64,000 bases of DNA from an uncultured Oscillospiraceae bacterium (lineage in GTDB: Bacteria; Bacillota; Clostridia; Oscillospirales; Oscillospiraceae), in NCBI GenBank assembly GCA_944387845.1, contig CALXGH010000039.1:14930-78929 (forward strand), given 5' to 3'. Numbering within the stretch: the stretch's first letter is position 1; every line of letters begins with the position of its first letter. Positions 10,427 to 19,040 of the stretch are shown piece after piece. Made by a program: the position numbers and the translations under genes. A model generated the notes under the pieces. That model was not told where the DNA came from, made no database searches, and saw only the letters and a list, made by a program, of their open reading frames with translations.

Positions 10427-10655
10427 TTTTCCGTATCTTTTCTCTTTTTCCGTGCAAATCCCCATAAACAAATTTCAGGGGACCGACACCCCTTCTCAAC
10501 CCGTTTGGAAAGTGATGCCCCCGTATCGCAACAATTACATGAGTAGCTTTTCCGCACCCTTCACACAAAGACAGATTCTTTGACAGCAAATATCTATCCG
10601 CAGGGTCATGTGTCCCGTTAATTCTGTTCCAGCAGTCAAGACAAAATTCAGCCAC
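10407..10655 (-). CDS. Small CxxC...CxxC zinc-ribbon protein (hypothetical)
   Basis: Motifs CLDCW...CEGCG. Only GTG starts are available. The GTG at 10655 lies 6 nt after GAGGTG; the maximal ORF starts at GTG 10664. The last codons and the TAA lie inside the pyc terminator hairpin. No family assigned. Confidence 0.45.
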   Translation of the reverse strand: MAEFCLDCWNRINGTHDPADRYLLSKNLSLCEGCGKATHVIVAIRGHHFPNGLRRGVGPLKFVYGDLHGKREKIRKIKRVKP

Positions 10656-10719
10656 AACCCTCACCTCGTAAGCTTTAAACCAACAATTGTTAGTATATCT
10701 TGTATTCTATCTCCCTATA

Positions 10720-10733
10720 CTTGATATGTCAAG
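10720..10733. promoter_or_regulatory. Palindromic candidate operator in the divergent zinc-ribbon/XRE intergenic region
   Basis: CTTGA-TATG-TCAAG, a perfect 5-4-5 inverted repeat 22 nt upstream of the XRE start. Confidence 0.4.
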
Positions 10734-10754
10734 AACGTTTGTAGGTGGTGAATT

Positions 10755-10979
10755 GTGAGAGAAATTTTATCCGGGCGTTTAAAGCAGTGCAGAAAGGAAA
10801 AGGGACTCACCCAGCGTGAAGTCGCCATATACTGCGATATTACTGAAAAAGCATATCAGAACTACGAATTAATGACCAGGGAGCCCAGACTGGATGTTTT
10901 GATAAAAATTGCCGATTTGTTTGACGTCTCCCTTGACTATCTTGCAGGTAGGACGGATAAAAGGCCTGTAAATAAATAA
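10755..10979 (+). CDS. XRE-family helix-turn-helix transcriptional regulator
   Basis: 74 aa. LKQCRKEKGLTQREVAIYCDITEKAYQNYE...LIKIADLFDVSLDYLAGR is a classic Cro/C1 HTH. GTG start 6 nt after AGGTGG. Confidence 0.85.
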   Translation: MREILSGRLKQCRKEKGLTQREVAIYCDITEKAYQNYELMTREPRLDVLIKIADLFDVSLDYLAGRTDKRPVNK

Positions 10980-11004
10980 TCCGATTTTTATTTTACGGAA
11001 TTAT

Positions 11005-11039
11005 AAAAAGCGCCGCTGCGTAAAGCAGCGGCGCTTTTT
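11005..11039. terminator. Bidirectional terminator (XRE / ftsH)
   Basis: AGCGCCGCTGC (11009-11019), loop GTAAA, GCAGCGGCGCT (11025-11035). Flanked by A- and T-runs. Confidence 0.9.
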
Positions 11040-11071
11040 ATAATTTTACTCAAACATCTAAGCCAAAACTT

Positions 11072-13066
11072 TTATTTATCCTCATTTTCACTTTTTCCGA
11101 AAAACTCATCTATCCTCTCAGAGACAGGTTTCTCGTCAGGCAAAAACTCACTTTCAGAGTCAGGCTTTATAGTTACATTGTCCACTGTCTGGTCAAACTT
11201 TTCCTCATTTTTCTTTTCAGGAAGAGCGCCGTCATGTGAACACATATACTTGAAGTCATCGCCGGACATAGATTCGTTTTCAAGCAGATACTCGGCAACC
11301 TTTATAACAAGATCGCTGTGAAGTGTGAGGAGCTGTTCGCACCTTTCAATAGCAGCGTCGAATATGCTCTTAACTTCTTCATCTATTTCAGCGGCAATCT
11401 TTTCAGAATAGCTCTTTGTAGCACCAAAATCACGCCCTATAAATATGGAGTGATCGCTGGAGTCAAAGGAGATAGGTCCGAGCTTCTCGCTCATACCATA
11501 CTTTGTAACCATTGCTCTTGCAATTGCGCTTGCCTGCTGAATGTCCCCGGAGGCGCCAGTGGATATATCGTCAAGGAAAATCTTCTCAGCAATTCTACCG
11601 CCGAGGCATGAAACTATCCTCTCAAACATCTCACTTCTTGAGTTGAAGTTCTCATCGTCCTCAGGACGATATACTGTCATACCGCCTGCCTGGCCTCTTG
11701 GTACAATTGTAATATAGTGTACAGGCGCAGTATGCTCAAGGAAGTAGGAGGCAACAGCGTGGCCAGCCTCGTGGTAAGCTGTGAGCTTCCGCTCCTTCTC
11801 TGTAACAACACGGCTCTTCTTTTCCGGGCCTGCCATAACTTTGAGGGAGGCCTCATCCAATTCAGCCATAGTGATAAATCTCTTGTTTCTTCTTGCCGCA
11901 AGAAGGGCAGCCTCGTTCAAGAGGTTTTCAAGGTCTGCACCGGTGAAGCCTGGCGTTCCCCTTGCAATGCTCTTCAGGTCAACATCGTCCCCAATGAGTT
12001 TACCTCTTGCATGTACTTTCAGGATCTCTTCTCGACCTTTTACGTCAGGAACACCAACATATATCTGTCTGTCGAATCTGCCAGGACGCAAAAGAGCGTT
12101 ATCAAGAATATCAGCTCTGTTGGTTGCCGCCATTACAATGACGCCCTCGTTACCGTTAAAACCGTCCATCTCAACTAATAGCTGGTTGAGGGTCTGTTCT
12201 CTCTCGTCATGGCCACCGCCAAGACCGGAACCTCTCTGCCGTCCAACAGCGTCGATCTCGTCGATGAAAATTATAGCCGGAGCAAGCTTCTTTGCCTGCT
12301 CAAACAGATCTCTTACCCTAGATGCGCCAATACCTACATAAAGCTCAACGAAGTCTGAGCCGGATATTGACAAAAACTGTACTCCAGCCTCGCCGGCAAC
12401 AGCTTTGGCAAGGAGGGTCTTACCTGTTCCCGGAGGGCCTACAAGGAGTATGCCCTTAGGTATTCTGGCACCGAGATCAATATATTTCTTAGGATTCTTC
12501 AAAAAGTCAACGACTTCCTCAAGTTCCTCTTTCTCCTCGTCAGCACCTGCCACATCGTCAAATGTAACACGCTTTTTCGAGTCCGAACCTTTCTGTGTAC
12601 GGGCTTTTCCGAATTTCATTGCCGCGCCGGCTCCGCCGCCGCCGGATTTGTTCATCATATACGACCAGAATATGAAGAATCCGCCCATTATTATAAGATA
12701 AGGTACAAATGATATCCACCATGGCGCGGTCCAACCGGCGTCGTAATCATACTCTTTTAAAACGCCGCTGTCATACTGCTGCTGGATAGTCTCGGACAAA
12801 TCATTGTAAAATACGCTAAAGCTGTAAAGCTGATGCGTAACATTTTTTGTACCGTTATAGTCGTCCTTAAGAGTCATGTAAAGAGTGGTATCCTCAACTC
12901 TGAATGAGTCCACCTTCTCCTCTTTGAAAAGCTTCAAAACTTCATAGTATTTGATTTCTGAAGAACTGGTCTCGTTCATGCTCAAAAGATAAATACTCGC
13001 CACAAGAATAATTATCATGAAAACATAGAACCCAATATCTATTCTTCTGTTTTTCTGTGGTTTCAA
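11072..13066 (-). CDS. ftsH: ATP-dependent zinc metalloprotease FtsH
   Basis: Two N-terminal TM helices, Walker A GPPGTGKT, SRH region, zinc site HEAGHAV. 664 aa. Confidence 0.95.
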   Translation of the reverse strand: MKPQKNRRIDIGFYVFMIIILVASIYLLSMNETSSSEIKYYEVLKLFKEEKVDSFRVEDTTLYMTLKDDYNGTKNVTHQLYSFSVFYNDLSETIQQQYDSGVLKEYDYDAGWTAPWWISFVPYLIIMGGFFIFWSYMMNKSGGGGAGAAMKFGKARTQKGSDSKKRVTFDDVAGADEEKEELEEVVDFLKNPKKYIDLGARIPKGILLVGPPGTGKTLLAKAVAGEAGVQFLSISGSDFVELYVGIGASRVRDLFEQAKKLAPAIIFIDEIDAVGRQRGSGLGGGHDEREQTLNQLLVEMDGFNGNEGVIVMAATNRADILDNALLRPGRFDRQIYVGVPDVKGREEILKVHARGKLIGDDVDLKSIARGTPGFTGADLENLLNEAALLAARRNKRFITMAELDEASLKVMAGPEKKSRVVTEKERKLTAYHEAGHAVASYFLEHTAPVHYITIVPRGQAGGMTVYRPEDDENFNSRSEMFERIVSCLGGRIAEKIFLDDISTGASGDIQQASAIARAMVTKYGMSEKLGPISFDSSDHSIFIGRDFGATKSYSEKIAAEIDEEVKSIFDAAIERCEQLLTLHSDLVIKVAEYLLENESMSGDDFKYMCSHDGALPEKKNEEKFDQTVDNVTIKPDSESEFLPDEKPVSERIDEFFGKSENEDK

Positions 13067-13102
13067 ATAACTTTCACTTCTTTCATGGAAGCCCAGCGGG
13101 CT

Positions 13103-13645
13103 TTATTTTGTGTATATTTCCTCTTTCAAAACACCAATATACGGTAAATTCCTATATTTCTCCGCATAATCAAGACCGTATCCCACTATAAAGGCATCCG
13201 GGCATTCCATTCCCACATAGTCAGCCTTTACAGAAGTTTTCCTCCTTGAAGGTTTGTCAAGAAGAGTACAAATAGCTATCGAGGCAGGCTTCCGCATCGA
13301 TAGATAATTTACAAGATAACTGAGCGTTACACCGGAGTCCAGAATGTCCTCAACGATGATAATATTTCTGCCCTGAATATCATAGGTAAGATCCTTTGTT
13401 ATCTTTACGGCACCGGTAGTGCTTGTTCCGGAACCATAAGACGATACAGCCATAAAATCCATATCACAGTATGTGTCGATATTTTTTATAAGGTCAGCCA
13501 TAAAAACAAAGGAACCTTTCAAAACACCTATGAACATTGGGTTTTTACCCTCATAATCCTTTGTTATCTGGGCACCTAATTCCTTTACCCTTGCCAGGAT
13601 CTGCTCTTCAGAGAAGAATATTCTCTCTATATCGTCTCTCATCAT
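13103..13645 (-). CDS. hpt: Hypoxanthine phosphoribosyltransferase
   Basis: PRPP-binding motif IIIVEDILDSGVTL. 180 aa. Canonical tilS-hpt-ftsH order. Confidence 0.92.
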   Translation of the reverse strand: MMRDDIERIFFSEEQILARVKELGAQITKDYEGKNPMFIGVLKGSFVFMADLIKNIDTYCDMDFMAVSSYGSGTSTTGAVKITKDLTYDIQGRNIIIVEDILDSGVTLSYLVNYLSMRKPASIAICTLLDKPSRRKTSVKADYVGMECPDAFIVGYGLDYAEKYRNLPYIGVLKEEIYTK

Positions 13646-13647
13646 AC

Positions 13648-13965
13648 CTAAATCACCCTAAACTCTATTTTTAAGGTCTGCTGTCCTTCGTCAGGAATGA
13701 AATCCACATCCATGCCTATACCTAAAACAGCTATGACCTTGTCTCCGGCGGCCACAACCGGGATCTTGTCCCTTTTGTGAGCCGGTATTTTTTTCTCTAT
13801 AAAAAGCTTTTTAAGGGTTTTACTCCCCCCTTTAAGCCTTATGCTGTCCCCAGAAATGCGGGGTCTGACGGAAATTTTATCACAAATGTTCTCAGATTTA
13901 AATATAAAAGTTGTAAAAGTTTTATTACCGGTCTCCCCTGGAGCAGGCTTTTCACATTTAACCAC
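13648..13965 (-). CDS. tilS: TilS C-terminal domain fragment (same frame as the upstream tilS ORF, separated from it by one TAG)
   Basis: RPRISGDSIRLKGGSKTLKKLFIEKKIPAHKRDKIPVV...VLGIG is the TilS C-terminal (lysidine-tRNA synthase C) signature. The frame is actually open from 14016. The table start at 13965 is a GTG. Confidence 0.7.
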   Translation of the reverse strand: MVKCEKPAPGETGNKTFTTFIFKSENICDKISVRPRISGDSIRLKGGSKTLKKLFIEKKIPAHKRDKIPVVAAGDKVIAVLGIGMDVDFIPDEGQQTLKIEFRVI

Positions 13966-14016
13966 TATGGAAAGCGGCTCTATCTTATGTTCCTCTCCCT
14001 CTTTTATGGGAAAGGG

Positions 14017-14973
14017 CTACCAGACCACATTATCAGTTTCTTTTTCGAAAACTATGCTGCCGTACTCCCGCCGGGCTATTCCACCTGGTATATTACACCT
14101 GGCGGAGGGGGAAATTTTGTCCCCTGTCAGAGCAATTATTTCTTCAATATGTTTTTTGCCGCAAGAAGGCCATATCTTCCTTATTACTCTTGTTTTTATG
14201 GCAGTATGTAAACGGTTTAAAGCGGCAATTTCAATCTTTCCGCCATGTACATTTTCCGAAATAAACTTGTCCGCCTGGTTGTCCATAAAGTCCTCGTCCT
14301 GCCTGATTATGTCCGACATGTTGAAAACATTTTCGGAAAACCTGGGATTTATTCCCTTTAACAGGGGAACGATGTTCCGACGTATATTATTTCTTGTATA
14401 AATGTCCTGAGAATTAGTCTCGTCCTCTATATTGTCTATTTGATTTTCTCTGTTATATTCCTCAATCTCATCTCTCGTGCAGGAGAGAAGAGGCCGTATA
14501 AAAATATCCCGTCTGGGAGGTATGCCGCACAGGCCTTTCAGTGCCGCTCCTCTTGCCATATTCATAAGTACAGTCTCTGCGTTGTCATCGGCGTTATGGG
14601 CCGTAGCCACACAAACAGCTCCCGTTTCACGGGCAGTCTCCTCAAAAAATCTGTACCTGAGTATCCGGCCGGCTTCTTCAGTCCCGATTTTATGCTCTTT
14701 AGCGTACCTTAGAGTATCTCCTCGCCCCGCAATAAACTTTATTTTCCGGTTCCGACATGTCTCCATGACGAAGTTTTCATCCCGATCCGCACTCTTTCCT
14801 CTTATCATGTGGTTGAAGTGGATAGCGCATAGCTCGTATCCGTACCGGTCTTTTAGCTTATACAGGATATCCAGAAGGCACATACTGTCTTTTCCGCCGG
14901 ATACGGCAGCAAGCACAAGACCGCCTGAAGGCAAAAGCGAATACCTGTCGCAAAACGATATAACTTTCTTCAT
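14017..14973 (-). CDS. tilS: tRNA(Ile)-lysidine synthetase TilS, N-terminal PP-loop ATPase part (ends at an in-frame TAG)
   Basis: PP-loop SGGKDS in LAAVSGGKDSMCLL. ATG at 14973 (MKKVISF...). The GTG at 14997 would overlap dnaB. Ends ...DNVVW-TAG at 14019-14017. Confidence 0.85.
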   Translation of the reverse strand: MKKVISFCDRYSLLPSGGLVLAAVSGGKDSMCLLDILYKLKDRYGYELCAIHFNHMIRGKSADRDENFVMETCRNRKIKFIAGRGDTLRYAKEHKIGTEEAGRILRYRFFEETARETGAVCVATAHNADDNAETVLMNMARGAALKGLCGIPPRRDIFIRPLLSCTRDEIEEYNRENQIDNIEDETNSQDIYTRNNIRRNIVPLLKGINPRFSENVFNMSDIIRQDEDFMDNQADKFISENVHGGKIEIAALNRLHTAIKTRVIRKIWPSCGKKHIEEIIALTGDKISPSARCNIPGGIARREYGSIVFEKETDNVVW

Positions 14974-14993
14974 ATCATACCTGCACAATAAAA

Positions 14994-16343
14994 TCACTCA
15001 TCATCAGAATACCTTCGTTCCACTGAGGAATATGTCGTATATTCTGGAAGCCACTGAAGTTCTATTGTTCCCGTCTCGCCTCGTCTGTTTTTGAGCACTA
15101 TACACTCGGCAAGGTTTGCTTTGTCGGTCTCCTTGTCGTAATAGTCCTCCCTGTAAAGGCCCAGAACAATATCCGCATCCTGCTCGATAGCGCCGGATTC
15201 ACGGAGGTCTGAGAGCATAGGCCTCTTGTTCTGTCTTGCCTCATTAGCTCGTGAAAGCTGGGCAAGGCAAATTACCGGAACATTGAGTTCTTTGGCCATG
15301 ATCTTCATCATTCTGGATATGTCGCTGACTATCTGCTGACGGTTGTCTCCTGCTCGGGTACTGCCCTGAGCGCTTGTCATAAGCTGCAGGTAGTCAATTA
15401 TTACAAGGCCTAGGTTTTTTACTCGTCTGCACTGTGCGTTCATGTCCGCAACAGACAAAGACGGATTGTCATCTATTTTAATGTCATAGCCGCTGAGCAT
15501 GGCTGCCGCAGCTGCAATCTTGTCCCACTCACTTTCAGTAAGACGACCTGTCTGAAGCTTTTTATTATCAACAAAGGACTCACCGGAGAGAAGTCTCAGA
15601 CAAAGCTGTTCTCTTGACATTTCAAGAGAAAAAATCGCTACCGCTTTTCCACTGGTCTTTGCAACACTTGTGGCAATATTCAAAGCGATACTGGTTTTTC
15701 CCATACCAGGACGCGATGCGATGATAATTAAATCAGATTTATTTAAACCCAGTATAAAATTGTCAAGATCGACAAGACCTGTGGTAAGTCCCGGTATTCT
15801 GGAGTCGGACTGTGCCGCCTCCGCAAGCTGCTCATACACTCCAACAAGTATCTGGGACACGCTCTGAAGTCCATCAGATCTGTCCTGTCTGAGGGCGTAT
15901 ATTTTCTTTTCCGCCGCTTCAAGAATGTCTTTTGCCTCCCCGGCGCCTTCATAGGCCATAAGGGCAACCTCTTCTCCAACAGTTGCAACGGATCTCAGTA
16001 GGGACTTGTCGCATACTATCTCAGCGTATTTTGAAACATTGGCCGCCGTTGGCGTTATCTCCATCAGCTCCATGAGGTATCCCGCCGTGCCCTCGTTTGC
16101 TGTCCCGGCTATCCTCATCTGCTCAAGGACAGTTACAGGATCAATGGTCATGGAGTAATTGAACATAGAATATATGGTTTCAAAAATATCTTTATTCGCT
16201 TTTACATAAAAATCCGAGGCTTTGACTTTGCCGATTACCTCAGGAACACATCTGGCATCAATAAGCATTGAGCCAATGACAGCCTGTTCCGCCTCAACAC
16301 TGTGAGGCATCTGCCTTGATATGTTCTCATCCATTTCCCACAC
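14994..16343 (-). CDS. dnaB: Replicative DNA helicase (DnaB family; DnaC in Bacillus nomenclature)
   Basis: MPHSVEAEQAVIGSML N-terminal motif, Walker A ASRPGMGKTS, RecA-like C-terminal domain. No intein. rplI-dnaB order. Confidence 0.95.
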   Translation of the reverse strand: MWEMDENISRQMPHSVEAEQAVIGSMLIDARCVPEVIGKVKASDFYVKANKDIFETIYSMFNYSMTIDPVTVLEQMRIAGTANEGTAGYLMELMEITPTAANVSKYAEIVCDKSLLRSVATVGEEVALMAYEGAGEAKDILEAAEKKIYALRQDRSDGLQSVSQILVGVYEQLAEAAQSDSRIPGLTTGLVDLDNFILGLNKSDLIIIASRPGMGKTSIALNIATSVAKTSGKAVAIFSLEMSREQLCLRLLSGESFVDNKKLQTGRLTESEWDKIAAAAAMLSGYDIKIDDNPSLSVADMNAQCRRVKNLGLVIIDYLQLMTSAQGSTRAGDNRQQIVSDISRMMKIMAKELNVPVICLAQLSRANEARQNKRPMLSDLRESGAIEQDADIVLGLYREDYYDKETDKANLAECIVLKNRRGETGTIELQWLPEYTTYSSVERRYSDDE

Positions 16344-16371
16344 CTGCCTAAGGTCTTATTTTACTCTTTTC

Positions 16372-16821
16372 TCAGTTTCCCTCTGTAACGGAAACTTTAA
16401 AGGAACCTGTTATCTCGTGGCCCAGCTTGCACTTTACCTCAAAGGTGCCGAAAGATTTGATGTTTTCGCTGAGCACAAGTCTGTTCTTTTCAAGAACAAT
16501 ACCAAACTGCTGACCAAGCGCTTCTGCAATCTCTTTAGCTGTAACGGAGCCGAAAAGACGTCCGTCCTTGCCGGCTTTGGCAGAGATTTTTACCGTGCAG
16601 CTGGAAAGTTTTTTTGCGTTTTCCATAGCGGCCTCTTTTTCCCTCTCTATCTGGGCAAGGCGGGCCTTTTCCTTTACTTTCATAGTATTTATATTGTCGC
16701 TTGTTGCTTCAAGGGCAAGCTTTCTGGGGAGCAGAAAATTTCTAGCATAGCCGTCTGATACCTCTACCATCTGGCCTTTTTTACCCTGCCCTTTTACATC
16801 CTGCTGTAAAATAACTTTCAT
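16372..16821 (-). CDS. rplI: 50S ribosomal protein L9
   Basis: MKVILQQDVKGQGKKGQMVEVSDGYARNFLLP is the conserved L9 N-terminus. 149 aa. Confidence 0.95.
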   Translation of the reverse strand: MKVILQQDVKGQGKKGQMVEVSDGYARNFLLPRKLALEATSDNINTMKVKEKARLAQIEREKEAAMENAKKLSSCTVKISAKAGKDGRLFGSVTAKEIAEALGQQFGIVLEKNRLVLSENIKSFGTFEVKCKLGHEITGSFKVSVTEGN

Positions 16822-16835
16822 ATTTTTCTCCTTTT

Positions 16836-18842
16836 CTATTCAGAAACTTCCTCCAGATACTTATCTATGGCTATCAGGAGGTCTTTCACCACATCTTTGA
16901 GTGTCATATCCTTGATCTGAGCGCCGGCCTGGAGCCTTGATCCGCCACCACCCAGTTTTTCAACGATAACCTGTACGTTGATATCTCCTCCGGATCTTGC
17001 GGATATGTTTATTCCGTTCTCATCAGGAAATACCACAAACGACGCGTTTATACCCGATATATTCAGAAGTTCATCGGCGGCCTGGGCGGCGATTACCCTG
17101 CCCTTTACATTTTCCGGTGCGGCAATAGCGATGCCAGACTTGTAAATTTTGGCCTTCTGTATTATAGCGTATTTTTCTTTTGTGGATTCGATATCATTTT
17201 GCAGAAGCTTCTTTACTTCCGTGGTATCCGCACCGGCCCTTCTCAAAAACGCCGCCGCGTCAAAAGTTCTTCCGCCTGTTCGCATTGTAAAGTTTTTTGT
17301 ATCCAGCATTATGCCGGCAAGTATAGCCTCAGCCTCTACCCTCAGAATATCCGCCGGGTCCACAATATACTGCAAAAGCTCTGTAATAAGCTCGCAGGTG
17401 GATGAAGCATATGGCTCATGGAAATTGAGATCCACTTTCTGGATATATGTGCCCGCTCTTCTATGGTGGTCGATAAGGGCAACTCTGTTGCATGACTCAA
17501 GGAGTGTAAGAGACTCTACCTGCTCCGGTCTGTTAGTATCAACGACTACAAGTAAAGTTCCTCCGTCAGCTTCCAAAATGGCGTCCTGAGGTGTTATGAA
17601 TACTTTTTCATATTCTGCTACCCCACGCATTTTTTCAATAAGTGGTTTTGCCACAGTGTTTTCAAAATCGACTACAACTCTGGCTGGCACTTCTCTTTTC
17701 CTTGCTATGCAGCATATTCCCACTGCGGCACCTATACAGTCAAAGTCAGAAAACTTGTGGCCCATTATGAACACTTTGGAGGCGTCATGTATAAGTTCTC
17801 CTATGGAGTTTGCCATAACACGGCTCTTGACCTTTGTCCTCTTTTCCATCTGGTTGGTCTTGCCGCCGTAAAACTCAAAATTGAACCTGTTTTTTATTAC
17901 CGCCTGGTCTCCACCGCGGCTCAGCGCCATATCAAGGCTCAAAGACGCATACTGATAGCTCTCAGCCATTGTCTTTCCGTCTTTTCCTATGCCGATACTC
18001 AGCGTTGGCTGTATGCCGTTAGGAGCCGTTATGGATCGTACCGAGTCAAGGACGGAGAATTTGCCTTCAATAAATTTCTGAAGATATCGCTCCTCAAAGA
18101 TAAATATGTACCTGTCTCTGTCATATTTTCTCAGATATCCGCTGCATGAATCGGCCCAATCACTTATTCTGTCATCCAACATGGACATTATAGCGGATTT
18201 GTCCTTCTCAGAAAGATCGTTTAAAAGCTCTTCATAATTATCCAGCATGAGTATGCAGAAAATCGGCCTTGTGTTCATGAACTCTCTGGATATATCAGCG
18301 TACTCCGTAATATCAAACCAATAGGTAACTCCAAGCCAGCTGTATCTGCCGCCCTCACTGGAGTTTCTGACGATATTTCCGTACACCTTGAATATCTTGC
18401 CACCCAGAGGTACGTGTGCAGGGCTCTCCATTTTGCCCTCCATCAGCCACTTATAGTTAAAACCAGGGACAACATCGGACATGTGCGTTTCAAAGGTGTG
18501 CTCCCTATCTCCTGTAATCTGATTAAAACCGTCGTTTGATGACACAATCCTGTTGTCGTCCAGATTGAATATCGCCATCGGCAGTGGGAAATTGACCATT
18601 ATGTCGTTTGACGACGACTCCATATCTATACTTACCGATTCTATGTAGTCAACTATCTCCCTGCTCCGTTTTTTGCTGGAATAATTTGAGTAAAGGAGAA
18701 GTAAAACTATGATGACAACCTCGCCAACAAACAAAAGCGTCCTATGCTCCCCAAGAAAAAAGGTCGCAACAGCAAAAATTATTAAAAAAATAAAATAAAA
18801 TCTTGTATTTGGCTGTAACAGCCGTTTAAGTTTGCTATTCAA
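16836..18842 (-). CDS. gdpP: GdpP/YybT-type DHH/DHHA1 phosphodiesterase (cyclic-di-AMP phosphodiesterase family)
   Basis: Two N-terminal TM helices, a PAS-like region and a degenerate GGDEF domain. DHH motifs SDFDCIGAA, VVVDTN, IDHHRR. DHHA1 motif reads GGGGS. TTG start 5 nt after GGAGGTG. gdpP-rplI-dnaB synteny. Confidence 0.88.
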   Translation of the reverse strand: MNSKLKRLLQPNTRFYFIFLIIFAVATFFLGEHRTLLFVGEVVIIVLLLLYSNYSSKKRSREIVDYIESVSIDMESSSNDIMVNFPLPMAIFNLDDNRIVSSNDGFNQITGDREHTFETHMSDVVPGFNYKWLMEGKMESPAHVPLGGKIFKVYGNIVRNSSEGGRYSWLGVTYWFDITEYADISREFMNTRPIFCILMLDNYEELLNDLSEKDKSAIMSMLDDRISDWADSCSGYLRKYDRDRYIFIFEERYLQKFIEGKFSVLDSVRSITAPNGIQPTLSIGIGKDGKTMAESYQYASLSLDMALSRGGDQAVIKNRFNFEFYGGKTNQMEKRTKVKSRVMANSIGELIHDASKVFIMGHKFSDFDCIGAAVGICCIARKREVPARVVVDFENTVAKPLIEKMRGVAEYEKVFITPQDAILEADGGTLLVVVDTNRPEQVESLTLLESCNRVALIDHHRRAGTYIQKVDLNFHEPYASSTCELITELLQYIVDPADILRVEAEAILAGIMLDTKNFTMRTGGRTFDAAAFLRRAGADTTEVKKLLQNDIESTKEKYAIIQKAKIYKSGIAIAAPENVKGRVIAAQAADELLNISGINASFVVFPDENGINISARSGGDINVQVIVEKLGGGGSRLQAGAQIKDMTLKDVVKDLLIAIDKYLEEVSE

Positions 18843-19040
18843 GGAAACACCTCCCCCACTTTAAATGTATCTTAAATTATAGCAAATTTGAGACTGTTTA
18901 ACAACAATTTAATTGGTCTGCACCAGGTAATTTTGCATTATTTGGGAATAGTAATAAAAATTTCTGCCTAGGTAAATTAAATTTCTATTTTTTGGACATA
19001 CTAAACGTAACAATACAGCTTTATACAGGAGGAATTATTC

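Noticed and set aside
13648-14019. TAG in tilS as evidence for genome-wide amber reassignment or pyrrolysine.
   Set aside because: TAG ends pyc (10365-10367), znuA (36178-36180) and tilS itself at positions where the proteins are expected to end. No pyl genes or suppressor tRNA occur in the window. Reassignment cannot be supported from here and only local explanations are kept.
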